Source of the DNA: Chloroflexota bacterium
GTDB taxonomy: Bacteria > Chloroflexota > Dehalococcoidia > DSGV01
Length of the DNA stretch: 64,000 nt
Reading direction: 5' to 3'
Assembly (NCBI GenBank): GCA_021787985.1
Contig: JAJYLG010000001.1
Span: 50,163 to 114,162 of the forward strand
Shown: positions 44,886-54,836 of the stretch, piece after piece
How the letters are laid out: each line of letters begins with the position of its first letter
Numbering within the stretch: the first letter of the stretch is position 1
Made by a program: the position numbers and the translations under genes
Notes under the pieces: model-generated
What the model was told of the DNA's origin: nothing
The model's database searches: none
The model's input: only the letters and a program-made list of their open reading frames with translations

Positions 44886-45857
44886 ATGAGAGGACGACTC
44901 CAGGCGGCGCTGGTCGACCGCGACGCGCTTCGGTCTCAGATCCGGGACAAGTACACGGTGGTGGCCCTCGAACCGCAGACGGGCTTCCATTTCCACACGG
45001 GCCGGCCGCTCGCCAGGATGCTCGGCTACGACGAGGCGGACCTGGACCGGCTGCCGTCCGCCGTGGCGGAGTCCTTCGCCGGCACGGGCAACCCGTTCGC
45101 CTTCGGACGGCTGGCGGAAGGCGAGGTGGTCGTCGACATCGGGTGCGGCGCCGGGTTCGACACCTTGTTGGCGGCTGGGCAGGTCGGGCCACGGGGCCGA
45201 GTCATTGCCGTGGACATGACCCCCGCCATGCTCGACAAGGCCGCCGCGGGCGCCCTGGTCCTCAACCTCCGCAACGTCGAGGTACGCCACGGCGTTGCGG
45301 AGGAGCTGCCGGTGCCCAGTCAATCGGCCGACGTTGTCATCAGCAACGGCGTCATGAATCTGTGCCCGGACAAGCTCGCGGCCATGCGCGAGGTCCGCCG
45401 TGTGCTGCGGCCAGGCGGGCGTTTCCAGATCGGCGACCTGGTCGTGCACCAGGAGGTGCCACAGGACGCGAAGGACGACATCGACCTGTGGTCCGGCTGA
45501 ATCGCCGGGGCTCTGCTGGAAGCAGAGTGGGACTGGGTCCTCAAGCACGCCGGGTTCATCGACGTGCGCTGGGGCCGCCAGGTGGATGTCTTCGCGGGCT
45601 CCAAGCACGAGTCCGACGCTCAGGAATTCGGTGCGCGTGGCGTCACGTTCGCTGGTAGGAGACCCATGCGGGCGGCCGACCCCGCGCCCGTGTGGGCGGA
45701 GCGCGACTCTGATGGCGGCCGCCGGTGCGCGGTCCCGGTCGCGTCGGCTGGCCAGCAGCCAGGCCCTTCGTGTGGTAAGATGCAGTCACGGGGACGAAAG
45801 GGCTCGACAGGGGCCGGCGTGCTCGGGTTGCAGGCCGAGGTGCCATCAACCTCGTAA
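44886..45857 (+). CDS. ArsM-like SAM-dependent methyltransferase with in-frame TGA (45498-45500) at the conserved catalytic Cys position. Predicted selenoprotein; 3' end uncertain.
   Basis: Contains a GCGAG SAM motif (VVDIGCGAGFDTLL) and ...VVISNGVMNLCPDK.... Around the TGA it reads DIDLWSG-TGA-IAGALLEAEWDWVLKHAGFIDVRW..., and typical ArsM sequence continues in frame after it. The nominal stop at 45855-45857 overlaps the tmRNA 5' end by ~68 nt. Confidence 0.55.
45511..45527 (+). other. SECIS-like stem-loop 10 nt downstream of the ArsM-like TGA
   Basis: CUCUGC-UGGAA-GCAGAG: a 6-bp stem with a 5-nt loop. Confidence 0.4.
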
Positions 45858-46143
45858 ATCAGGTGGCAAACAAGTAACTGGCGAACCACAACTCGCCCTC
45901 GCTGCCTAAGAGCTAGGCAGCCGTCCGCCACCGCCTCGTCCCGGTGGGTGGTGAACGGGCGACGCAATGCCGGGATGCCGCGCAGCGCTCGCTGACGACG
46001 CGCGCGAAAGATCAGTCAGCCCGCCCCGAAGGGACGCCGGCGGTAGCGGCCCGAGGGGCTCAAACAAAGTGCCGCAGAAGCCTGTGGATGCCCGGGGCGT
46101 ACGCTCACTGGACCGGGGGTTCAATTCCCCCGCGTCTCCACCA
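45790..46143 (+). ncRNA. ssrA: tmRNA (ssrA), tag peptide GEPQLALAA
   Basis: The 5' GGGGACG pairs with the 3' CGUCUCC-A-CCA. The T-arm is GGGGG-UUCAAUU-CCCCC. The tag ORF GGC GAA CCA CAA CTC GCC CTC GCT GCC TAA runs 45880-45909. It is followed by the hairpin CTGCCTAAGAGCTAGGCAG. Confidence 0.85.
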
Positions 46144-46310
46144 TCTCGATCAGACCGCCCGTCCGTCAGGACGGGCGTTCGTTTCCCGCGCGCCGCCTGC
46201 GCTCCCGCCGCCAGCGGCCGGGCAGCCCGCCTGATCTGCTCCCAAAGCCGTCCCGCGTTCGCCTGACAGGCGGGCGTGCCGCCACGTGACTGCCGGGCTA
46301 TGCTGCCGCC

Positions 46311-47198
46311 ATGGCACGGCGAAGACTCCACGTGCTCTGCGTGCACGGCATCGGCGGCGCACGGCCCGGCTTCTCCGATGGCCTGCGCGTGCGCGTCCGC
46401 CGACTCCTGGCGCGCGACCCGCGCGCTCGCGAGTGGGGGGCGCGACATCCGGATGTGGACTTGCTCGACTGGAGCGAGTACGTCTGGAGCGCGATCGGAG
46501 AGGAGCGAGAGCTTGGGCTGCTCCAAGCGCTCTATCCGGATCTGGCTGAGGACCGCCCGCCGCGACTGCTGCTCTGGGAGCTCATCGAGGGGATCCTGGG
46601 TGTCGGCCGCATGGGTGAGACGCGGCGGTCTCTCATCAAGCAGCTCGGCGACATCCTCGTGTATCTCTCTCCGACCGACGGGGAGCGCATCCGCGCCGGT
46701 CTGGCCAGCGCGATCACCGCGATCCGCGACCGCTGTGACCGCGAGGAGCCGGGTGTGGCGAGTTATGTCACGCTCATCGCCTACTCGCTCGGCGCCGTGA
46801 TCGCGTTCGACGTCGCCTACCGCTTCGCGCAGACCGGTGAGATGCGTGAGCACAGCGAGGGCCTCGAGCTCGGCAGCCTGGTCACGCTCGGCGCGCCGAT
46901 CGCCCTTTTCTCGCTCCTGCGCGGGCCCGCGTACGACCACTACCGTGACCGCCCCGTGCGGACGCGACCGGGCGGCCGCTGGGTCAACTGCCTCGACCCG
47001 CAGGACCTCGTCGCCTGGCCGATCCGGCCCCTTTACCCCGAGCTGCCCGGGCTCGAGGATCGTCCCGTTCGCACCGGCAACCTGGTGTCGGCCCACTCCG
47101 GCTACTGGCATAGCCGGGATGTGGCGCGCATCGTCGCGGGCTGCCTCAGCGCCGATCCGGGTATGAGCGCGGGAGCGGCCCCAGAGAGCGCCACATGA
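46311..47198 (+). CDS. Alpha/beta-hydrolase-like protein (DUF-type, lipase-like AYSLG nucleophile elbow)
   Basis: Reads MARRRLHVLCVHGIGG... then ...VTLIAYSLGAVIAFD.... The longer minus-strand ORF over it is antisense noise. Confidence 0.55.
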   Translation: MARRRLHVLCVHGIGGARPGFSDGLRVRVRRLLARDPRAREWGARHPDVDLLDWSEYVWSAIGEERELGLLQALYPDLAEDRPPRLLLWELIEGILGVGRMGETRRSLIKQLGDILVYLSPTDGERIRAGLASAITAIRDRCDREEPGVASYVTLIAYSLGAVIAFDVAYRFAQTGEMREHSEGLELGSLVTLGAPIALFSLLRGPAYDHYRDRPVRTRPGGRWVNCLDPQDLVAWPIRPLYPELPGLEDRPVRTGNLVSAHSGYWHSRDVARIVAGCLSADPGMSAGAAPESAT

Positions 47199-47234
47199 TA
47201 CCCTCGACCGTGGACTCCGAGGAGGAACGAACGG

Positions 47235-48680
47235 TTGTTCTCAGATACTGAGCCTCACCCACTCGAGCCCATCTTCCATCCGCGTTCCGTGGCCGTGGTC
47301 GGCGTGTCTGAGAAGAGCGGCGGGATGGGTGGCGGCGCGTTCGTCGATTCGCTGCTGGGCATGGGCTTCCCGCGTGAGCGTCTCTATCCGGTGCATCCGC
47401 GTGGCGGGGAGTTCCGCGGACTGACCGTCTATGCCTCGCTGCGCGAGATCCCGGGGCCGGTGGACTATGTCATCTCCAGCATCCCGGCGGCGGCCGTGCC
47501 GATGCTCGTCGATGAGGCCATCGCCAAGGACGTGAAGGCCATCCATTTCTTCACGGCCGGCTTCAGCGAGACCGGCGAGGAGGAACGCGAGGAGCTGGAA
47601 CGTGAGGTGCTGGAGAAGCTGACCGCGGCCGGGATCCGGGTGATCGGTCCGAACTGCATGGGCCTGTACGTTCCGCAATCGGGGCTTTCGTTCATGCGAG
47701 ACCTGCCGACCGAGCCCGGGCACGTGGCGATGGTCAGTCAGAGCGGAGCCAATGCGGGCGGGTTCGTGCGCTACGCCGGAGCGCGTGGCGTCCGCTTCTC
47801 CAAGGTGATCTCATACGGCAACGGTGCTCAGCTCACCGAGTCCGACTTCTTCGAGTACCTGGCGACGGACGCCGACACTCGGGCCGTCTTCGCCTACATC
47901 GAGGGTGTGCGGGACGGGCGGCGGTTCCTGCGTGCCGTACGGGCCTGCGCCGAGCGGGTGCCCGTCGTCATCCTCAAGGGTGGTCGCGGCGAAGCCGGCG
48001 CCCGCGCCGCGCGATCGCATACCGGCAGCCTCGCCGGCTCGTTGCAGGTCTTCGACGCGGCCTGCCGCCAGGCAGGCGCGCTGCGGGTCGAGGAGCTGGA
48101 CGAGTTGGTGGACCTCGCGGTGGCCGTGCAATTCGAAGCGCGGCCTGCCGGGCGGGGGGTCGCCGTGGTCGGTATGGGGGGAGGCACCTCGGTGCTCGCG
48201 GCCGACGAGGTCGACGCAGCCGGCCTCGATCTGCCCGTCATGCCGCAGGAGATCCAGGACGAGCTCCATACCTTCACCCCCCTCGCGGGGACATCCGTGC
48301 GCAACCCGATCGACAGCACGGCGCTGTTCCAAGCCGACGGTTTCCTGCGCACCTTCGAGCTGGCTGCTCGGCCCGAATCGGTGCACACGATCCTCTTCCA
48401 CGTCTCCTTCGGATGGGGACCGGCGATCCGGCCGGAAGACTATGTCCAGCGGATCGCGGACACCGCCGCCAATCTCCGCGACGCGCGCTCACGCGTCGGC
48501 GGCAAGCCGATTCTGGTGGCGGTCGACTCCCCAGTTACGGCCGAGGGCGCGGCGCACACCATCGATGCCATCCAGCGCGTCTCGGCCGACGGGTTCCCTA
48601 CCTTTGTCGGCATTCCGCGGGCGGCCCGCACGATCGCCGAGCTGGCGCGCCTCCAGGCGCTGCGTCGGCGCCAGGACTAG
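47235..48680 (+). CDS. Acetate--CoA ligase (ADP-forming) family protein, alpha-type CoA-binding plus ligase-CoA domains
   Basis: Contains ...RSVAVVGVSEKSGGMGG... then ...ITAGFSETGEEEREELEREVLEKLTAAGIRVIGPNCMGLY.... A TTG start at 47235 lies 9 nt after a GGAGGA RBS. Confidence 0.7.
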   Translation: MFSDTEPHPLEPIFHPRSVAVVGVSEKSGGMGGGAFVDSLLGMGFPRERLYPVHPRGGEFRGLTVYASLREIPGPVDYVISSIPAAAVPMLVDEAIAKDVKAIHFFTAGFSETGEEEREELEREVLEKLTAAGIRVIGPNCMGLYVPQSGLSFMRDLPTEPGHVAMVSQSGANAGGFVRYAGARGVRFSKVISYGNGAQLTESDFFEYLATDADTRAVFAYIEGVRDGRRFLRAVRACAERVPVVILKGGRGEAGARAARSHTGSLAGSLQVFDAACRQAGALRVEELDELVDLAVAVQFEARPAGRGVAVVGMGGGTSVLAADEVDAAGLDLPVMPQEIQDELHTFTPLAGTSVRNPIDSTALFQADGFLRTFELAARPESVHTILFHVSFGWGPAIRPEDYVQRIADTAANLRDARSRVGGKPILVAVDSPVTAEGAAHTIDAIQRVSADGFPTFVGIPRAARTIAELARLQALRRRQD

Positions 48681-50470
48681 CGGCGGCGGAACTCACGCTC
48701 CAGCGCGGTCGCCGGCACATGGACGACGGTCGGTCGCCCGTGCGGGCAGGTGCGCGGCTGCCGGCACGACTCCAGCGCCAGCACGATCTCGCGCATCTCG
48801 TCAAGCGAGAGCGACATGCCCGCCCGCACTGATGCGTGACAGGCGGCGGTCATCAGCGAGCGGTCGCGCCTGCGTGGCAGGTCGGGCTCCTCGGCCGCCA
48901 GCGCCCCCAGCTCGCTGAGGAGCTGCGACAGGTCTCGCTTGACCAGCGGCGCGGGCACCGCCCGCACCAACCAGGCGCCGCCGTCGAGGGGGTCGGCCTG
49001 TACGCCGACAGTCTCCAGCACACGCCTATCGGCAACCAGCGCGGCCGACGCGCCGGGCGAGAGCTGGCAAACCTGCGGCACCAGTAACGGCTGCAGATCC
49101 TCTCCCTCCGGCCTGGCGCAGAAGCGCTCGTACAGCACCCGCTCGTGGGCGGCGTGCTGGTCGATGAGGAACATCCCTTCCGGGCCCTCGGCGACGATGT
49201 AGGTGGCGCCAACCTGGCCGACGATGCGCAGCGGCGGCAGGGCCGGACCGGCGACTGGCGCGTCGCCGGCGCCGTTGGCGGACCGTGCCGGCGGCGGCCC
49301 CGCGGAGGCGGGGGGCGCGGCTGCCTCCCCCGGTGACCGGGCGTCCGCCGGAAGCTGGGGGACCGCCGGCTCTTCGAGCGGCAGTCGCGGCGCCCACGGA
49401 GGAGAAACGAGCCGCAGCGGCGCCGCATCGTCGCCCTCGAAGGTCTGCGCTCCGCCCGAGAGAAGGGCGCCGGCCGCCGGCACCGGGGCGGATCTGCTGA
49501 TGGCGGAGTGCGCTGCCGCCGTCAGGGCGGACAGCACGACGCGCTCGTCGCGGAAGCGCACGTCCGTCTTCGCGGGGTGCACGTTGACGTCCACTTCCTC
49601 GGGTGCGAGGCGCACGTCGAGCACGGCCAGCGGGTGCTGCCCCGTGGGTAGCCCGTCCTGGTATGCGCGCTCGATCGCGAAGAGTGGCGCGCGGCTGCTG
49701 ACCCAGCGGCCGTTGACAAAGACGGTCATGGCGCCGCGGGAGCCGCGCCAGGTGCCCGGCGGCGACACCAGCCCGGTCACGCGCACGCCGGGGGCTTCGA
49801 ACTCCACCGGCAGCAGGTGGTCGGCGGCCGAGCCGTAGAGCGCGCGACAGACGTCGCGCAGCTCGCCGCTGCCGTCCGTGCGCAACAGCAGGCGGCCATC
49901 GGACGTCAGCGTGAAGCGCACGTCCGGGCGGGACAGCGCCAGCCGGGTGACCACGCCCGCGACCGCGGCCGCCTCGGCCCCGGCCGAGCGCAGGAACTTG
50001 CGGCGCGCCGGCTGCGCGTGGAAGAGGCGCGTCATTCCGATATCGGTGCCGTGTGGCTTGCCCTCGCGCCCTCGGCCGAGCAGCTCGCCGCCAGCTATCC
50101 GGATCCACGCCGCTGCGAGCTGCTCGGCTGGCCGGGAGGAGCAGCGCACCTCGGCGGCGGCGGCGATGGCGGCGAGCGCCTCGCCGCGGAAGCCGAGCGT
50201 GGCGACGCGCGCCAGGTCCTCGATCGTGGATAATTTGCTGGTCGCGTGGCGGGCGAACGCGAGCTCCAGCTCGCCCTCGGGGATGCCGCAGCCGTCATCG
50301 ACGACGCGCAATCGTTCCGCACCGCCGCGCTGCATCTCGACGGTGACGCGCCGAGCCCCCGCGTCGAGCGAGTTCTCGACGAGCTCTTTCGCCACCGAAG
50401 CAGGCCGCTCGACGACTTCCCCGGCGGCGATCTGGCGGGAGACCTCGGGCGGCAGGCGCTGAATGGGCAT
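48677..50470 (-). CDS. mutL: DNA mismatch repair protein MutL
   Basis: From ATG 50468-50470 it reads MPIQRLPPEVSRQIAAGEVVERPASVAKELVENSLDAG..., the GHKL ATPase N-terminus. The stop overlaps the convergent upstream gene by 4 nt. Confidence 0.9.
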   Translation of the reverse strand: MPIQRLPPEVSRQIAAGEVVERPASVAKELVENSLDAGARRVTVEMQRGGAERLRVVDDGCGIPEGELELAFARHATSKLSTIEDLARVATLGFRGEALAAIAAAAEVRCSSRPAEQLAAAWIRIAGGELLGRGREGKPHGTDIGMTRLFHAQPARRKFLRSAGAEAAAVAGVVTRLALSRPDVRFTLTSDGRLLLRTDGSGELRDVCRALYGSAADHLLPVEFEAPGVRVTGLVSPPGTWRGSRGAMTVFVNGRWVSSRAPLFAIERAYQDGLPTGQHPLAVLDVRLAPEEVDVNVHPAKTDVRFRDERVVLSALTAAAHSAISRSAPVPAAGALLSGGAQTFEGDDAAPLRLVSPPWAPRLPLEEPAVPQLPADARSPGEAAAPPASAGPPPARSANGAGDAPVAGPALPPLRIVGQVGATYIVAEGPEGMFLIDQHAAHERVLYERFCARPEGEDLQPLLVPQVCQLSPGASAALVADRRVLETVGVQADPLDGGAWLVRAVPAPLVKRDLSQLLSELGALAAEEPDLPRRRDRSLMTAACHASVRAGMSLSLDEMREIVLALESCRQPRTCPHGRPTVVHVPATALEREFRRR

Positions 50471-50655
50471 CGCGGTGATCCTGCGTGCGGTCTCCGCGAT
50501 TCTACACGACCTGCCGTTGCGGCCGGAACCGGCCACCTGCGACGTCACCGGCCGACGAGGCAGCCGCGCCGGCGGTGCTTCGACGACACGCCGCGCTTCC
50601 GCCCCCTCGCTCGTCCGAACGGGCTCAGAGGGGAAGGGCAAGAGGCGACGGACCG

Positions 50656-51456
50656 TCAATCGTAGAACTTTTCCTTGCGCAGCTCCGCGAACACGTCCGG
50701 GTCGTGTCCGAACACGAGGTGGGCGTCAGTGCGCTCAGCCATCGCCCGCACGAACTTCAGGCTGCCCCACCAGGCGCGGTGGTCGCGCAGCAGCCAGCCC
50801 TGCGGCCGCGACTGCTCGTAGTTCTCCTTCAACAGGATCAGGTCGCTGGTGAAGATGAACGTGCCCGCGTTCGGCAGGTCGACGCGCATCGTCATCAGGC
50901 CGGGGGTGTGACCCGGAGTGCGATAGAACGTGATACCGCTCCAGGGCTCGAGCTGGTCGCCGCTCACGCCCTGCCAGTTGAACGAGAAGTCGAGGTAGTG
51001 CGGCAGGTACGCTCCGAAGTCCTCCTTGGTGGCGACCGAGTAGAACGCGTTCTTTAGCTCTGCCTCGTGTACGTAGACGGGCACATCTCTGCCGCGGAAG
51101 AACTCGAGCCCCCCGGCGTGATCGAGGTGCATGTGGCCGATGATGACGGCCTTGATGTCCTTCAGCTCGTAGCCCGCCTCGCCGAGTGCCACCTCGAGCC
51201 GGTTCTCCCGCGCGTAGCCGGTGACCGCAAAGGCTTCGAAGACCGGCTCCGGCCACAGCTCTCGAGCGTTCGGCGCCCCGCCGACCTCGAAGAGGATCGG
51301 CCCCGCTCTTGGATGCTCGATGACGGCACCGATCATTTGCAGTTGCCGCCGGACGCGCGGCGGCGCCGGTTGCGAGTACGTGCTCGCCCCGCTTGCTTCC
51401 AGGAACCACCCTTCGTCGGCCGTGATCTGACCGAGGTCCAAGAGGTGCAGCTTCAT
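50656..51456 (-). CDS. MBL-fold metallo-hydrolase (N-acyl homoserine lactonase-like)
   Basis: The HMHLDHAGG motif is present, and the ~265-aa size matches AiiA-like enzymes. Confidence 0.75.
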   Translation of the reverse strand: MKLHLLDLGQITADEGWFLEASGASTYSQPAPPRVRRQLQMIGAVIEHPRAGPILFEVGGAPNARELWPEPVFEAFAVTGYARENRLEVALGEAGYELKDIKAVIIGHMHLDHAGGLEFFRGRDVPVYVHEAELKNAFYSVATKEDFGAYLPHYLDFSFNWQGVSGDQLEPWSGITFYRTPGHTPGLMTMRVDLPNAGTFIFTSDLILLKENYEQSRPQGWLLRDHRAWWGSLKFVRAMAERTDAHLVFGHDPDVFAELRKEKFYD

Positions 51457-51755
51457 GATGTCCCCGTCACAGCTCCTTTCGGAAGGATCGACGCGCGGGC
51501 CGCGGCCCCGATGTGGTGTGCGCCCGTACTATATGCGTGCCGCCGGCGTTTTACAATCTGCTATTACTGTTGTGGCAAGGGGTACGGCGGCGATCCGGCA
51601 ACGCGGGCGCGGAGCCCCATCCGTCGCGGTGTCCCCTGCATGCTTGGCCCGGCCAGCAGCCTCACGGCGCGAGCTGGGGACACGCGCCCAGGTCTTCTGC
51701 CCGGCCCCCGGAGCGGAGGCGGAGAGTGGCGCGAGAATCGTTTCTACGTCCCGCG

Positions 51756-52952
51756 TCAATAGAACATCGACCCGCCGTCAGCCACGAACTGCTCGCCCAC
51801 TTCCTGCTGAACCAGCTCGTTCGGCCCGATGTAAATCTGGACGATCTTGGCGTCGCGCATGTGCTTCTCCACACCGACCTCGCGGCTGTACCCCAGCGAG
51901 CCCATGAGCTGGACCGCCCGCGTCGTGACCTCCATCGCCACATCGCTCGCGTACACCTTGGCCATCGATGCCCAGTACAGGCTGTGCTGGCCCGGCTGAC
52001 TGTTGTGCCAGGCCGCACGCCAGGCCAGCAGCCTTGCCGCGTCCAGCTTGACGGCGGCATCGCCCAGCAGGTAACGGACTACCGGATGATCGCTCAGGAC
52101 CTCGGTCCCCACGGAACGCTCGCGCAGCCAGGCCACCGCTCGCTCCAGCGCGCCCCGCGCCATGCCGATGGAGATCGCCGCGGCGCCAACCCGGTTGTAG
52201 GCCAGCGTCCGCTGCAGTAGCCGCAACCCGTCGCCGACCTCGCCCAGCAGATGGTCGCGCGGCACCCTGACCATGTCGAAGATGATCTCGCCGTTTCGAT
52301 CGGCGTTCATGCCCATCTTGTGGACTGCCGGGCCGACGCTCAGCCCCAGCGACTCTCGCTCGACCACGACCAGGCACGAGCCTTTGGCGCCCGCCTGCGC
52401 GTCGGTGGTCGCCACCACCGTGTAGAGCGAGGCCACGTCGAAGTTCGATGGCCATAACTTGGTCCCGGTGATAACCAGCTCGTCACCGTCGGCCCGGACC
52501 CGCGTTTGGACGGTACGCATCGCCTGCTTCGGATCCTCGATCGCGCCGCCGCCTGCCGGTTCGGTCATCGCCATGCATACCAGATACGGCTCAGGCTCGG
52601 CGCAGCGTCGCAGCCACTCCTCCCGGCGCTCGCGCCGCGCCGCCATGAGGATCGGCGTCTGCCCGAACCACGAAGCACCGATCGCCGTGGCGATGCCGCC
52701 ATCGCCGGCCGCCAGCTCTTCCAGCACCACGGCGCAGTCGAGGTTGTTGCCCCCTGCTCCCCCGTACGCCTCGGGCACCGGCAGCGCCAGGATCCCGGCT
52801 CCGGCCGCCGCACGGATGATCTCGTGTGCAATCCGGCCTTCGCGGTAGTCGGCGTCGACTTCCTGCAGCCTCGGCGAGATCTCCTGCCGGACGAACTCCC
52901 GCACTCGTTCCCTCAATGCGAGCTGCTGCGCTGTCAGTCGGAAATCGGCCAT
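51756..52952 (-). CDS. Acyl-CoA dehydrogenase
   Basis: Starts at ATG 52950-52952 after an AAGGAGGTG RBS. Reads MADFRLTAQQLALRERVREFVRQE... and has ACAD motifs. Confidence 0.85.
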   Translation of the reverse strand: MADFRLTAQQLALRERVREFVRQEISPRLQEVDADYREGRIAHEIIRAAAGAGILALPVPEAYGGAGGNNLDCAVVLEELAAGDGGIATAIGASWFGQTPILMAARRERREEWLRRCAEPEPYLVCMAMTEPAGGGAIEDPKQAMRTVQTRVRADGDELVITGTKLWPSNFDVASLYTVVATTDAQAGAKGSCLVVVERESLGLSVGPAVHKMGMNADRNGEIIFDMVRVPRDHLLGEVGDGLRLLQRTLAYNRVGAAAISIGMARGALERAVAWLRERSVGTEVLSDHPVVRYLLGDAAVKLDAARLLAWRAAWHNSQPGQHSLYWASMAKVYASDVAMEVTTRAVQLMGSLGYSREVGVEKHMRDAKIVQIYIGPNELVQQEVGEQFVADGGSMFY

Positions 52953-53234
52953 CGTGTCACCTCCTTGGCCCACTGGGGCCTTCGACGGCGCTCGGGGGAT
53001 CGCGGCGCCTGCTCAACGGCGCTGTGCGGTTCGTGTGGGCGTGTCTGCGAGAAAACGCGCGATCTGCCGCCTGGTGCCAACCGTACCGCAACGGCCTCCA
53101 TCCACCAAGGGTGCGCGGCTGCGGCCACGCACCTTCGCCCTCACGCCGGCGCGGACCGCGTGGAACTCGCGAGCGGGGCGACACGTTTCATCCTTCGGGA
53201 ACCGTATGCGAGAATGGCACGGAGGCGGACCGGG

Positions 53235-54836
53235 ATGAGATCTGCATTGCGAGTCGTGCTGCTGGTGATCCTGCTGGCCGTGCCGCTCGCCCTCTCCAGT
53301 CGCCGTCCGACTGTCGCCGCTCCTCCGTCTCCCTCCTCGACCGCTGCATCTCCCGCCACGGCGGACGACGCCCCGACCGCCTTGCTGGTGCAGCTCGCGC
53401 CGGCAGCGGCCCACCGTCTGGCGGCGGCGATGACCGTCCAGGCAGTCGGCGGCGTGGTCGAGGCGCGCGAGCAGAGCATCGGGGTCGTGCGCTACCGTTT
53501 CGCCGACCCCGCTTCGGCCGCGGCCGCGCTCGATCTGCTGCGGCAGGACCCGGGCGTCGCCTCGGTCTCGCCGCTCTACGTGGCACACGCGCTGACCGTG
53601 CCACCGCCCGCGGTCCTCTTCTGGCAGCCGTACGAGAGCCTCTACATGGACGCGATCCATCTGCGGGACGCGTGGGCACAGGGGACGGGCTCGCCCAGCG
53701 TGGTGGTCGCCGTCGTCGACACGGGGGTTAACTACCGGCTGCCCTCGGTCGCGCAGCATGACTACAAGAACTACGTCGAGCTGGCGGGGGCGCTCGGGAA
53801 CGACAACGATGGCAGCGGCTGCGCGTACGATGTCGATGGCTGCAACTTCGTCCACCCTAGCACCGCGACCGGCGTCGGAGTCGGGTGCCCGGTCCAGGAC
53901 AGCTACTTCGGCCGCGTGGACCCGTACGCATCGACCCCGAACAACGACGTGTTCGATGACGACTACCGCAGCCCCAACCACGGGACGGCGATGGCCTCCG
54001 TCGTCGCCGCGGGACCACAGGACTGGCACCAGGGCGATCCGAGCTTTGTCGGGGTGGCGTGGCGTACCAGCGTGCTGGCGGTCAAGGTACTGGACTGCCA
54101 CGCCGAGGGGAACGTCGACGACATCGCCGCCGGCGTCCAGTACGCGATGGACCGGGGATCGCGGGTAATCAACCTGAGCCTCGGCTTCTGCCCGCCGGCG
54201 GGCTACGACGCGACCGCCGACCCGCTGCGCGCCGCGGTGGAACGCGCGCTGGCGCGCGGGATCGTCGTGGTCGCCTCCGCCGGCCAGTACACCACCGGTC
54301 TTCCGGACGGCGCCAGCAACTGCCCGACGACCATGCTCCCGGCAGCGTACCCGGGGGTGGTCTCCGTCGGTGCCGCCCGTGTCATGGAGGATGGGAGCAT
54401 CGTCCGCGGCGATTGGACGCGCCTGCAGCCGGACGGTCGCTCGGTCGAATGGAAGAGCCCCGCCGCGGGCCATATCGACATCGCCGCGCCGGGTGTGGGC
54501 GTGCTCGGCCAGTGGATGCAGTACGACCCCGCGACCGGCAAGCCGGTACTCTGTGCCTTGGTCGGGCCGTGCCCGACGCCCTTCCCCGGCCTTTACTTCG
54601 GCACGTCGCCCGCGGCGGCCGTCGTCTCCGGTGTCGTTGCCCTCATGCTGGCGCGCAACCCGACGCTGCGGCCGGCGGACGTGGTGCGCATCCTTCGCCA
54701 GACCGCGCAATCCTACGTCGCCGGGGACGCGCCGGGTTGGGCCGGAGCGGGCGTCATCGACGCAGCCGCGGCAGTGGTGGCGGTGCCGCCCGCTGCAGGG
54801 TTCGGGCAAGCAGGCGGCGTCGCGCACCAGCCCTAG
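53235..54836 (+). CDS. S8-family (subtilisin-like) serine peptidase, secreted
   Basis: Starts at ATG 53235 after a GGAGG RBS, with a signal peptide MRSALRVVLLVILLAVPLALS. The catalytic D (VAVVDTGV), H (HGTAMASV) and S (GTSPAAAVVSG) are present. Confidence 0.8.
   Translation: MRSALRVVLLVILLAVPLALSSRRPTVAAPPSPSSTAASPATADDAPTALLVQLAPAAAHRLAAAMTVQAVGGVVEAREQSIGVVRYRFADPASAAAALDLLRQDPGVASVSPLYVAHALTVPPPAVLFWQPYESLYMDAIHLRDAWAQGTGSPSVVVAVVDTGVNYRLPSVAQHDYKNYVELAGALGNDNDGSGCAYDVDGCNFVHPSTATGVGVGCPVQDSYFGRVDPYASTPNNDVFDDDYRSPNHGTAMASVVAAGPQDWHQGDPSFVGVAWRTSVLAVKVLDCHAEGNVDDIAAGVQYAMDRGSRVINLSLGFCPPAGYDATADPLRAAVERALARGIVVVASAGQYTTGLPDGASNCPTTMLPAAYPGVVSVGAARVMEDGSIVRGDWTRLQPDGRSVEWKSPAAGHIDIAAPGVGVLGQWMQYDPATGKPVLCALVGPCPTPFPGLYFGTSPAAAVVSGVVALMLARNPTLRPADVVRILRQTAQSYVAGDAPGWAGAGVIDAAAAVVAVPPAAGFGQAGGVAHQP

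Noticed and set aside
46060-46143. Stand-alone tRNA at the tRNA-like 3' end
   Set aside because: There is no D-arm or anticodon arm and no complementary 5' acceptor strand within ~80 nt. The pairing partner is 350 nt upstream together with a tag ORF ending ALAA-TAA, so this is the tmRNA instead.
45906-47111. 401-aa minus-strand ORF
   Set aside because: It is antisense to the alpha/beta hydrolase gene and overlaps the tmRNA. It has no RBS and no motifs.
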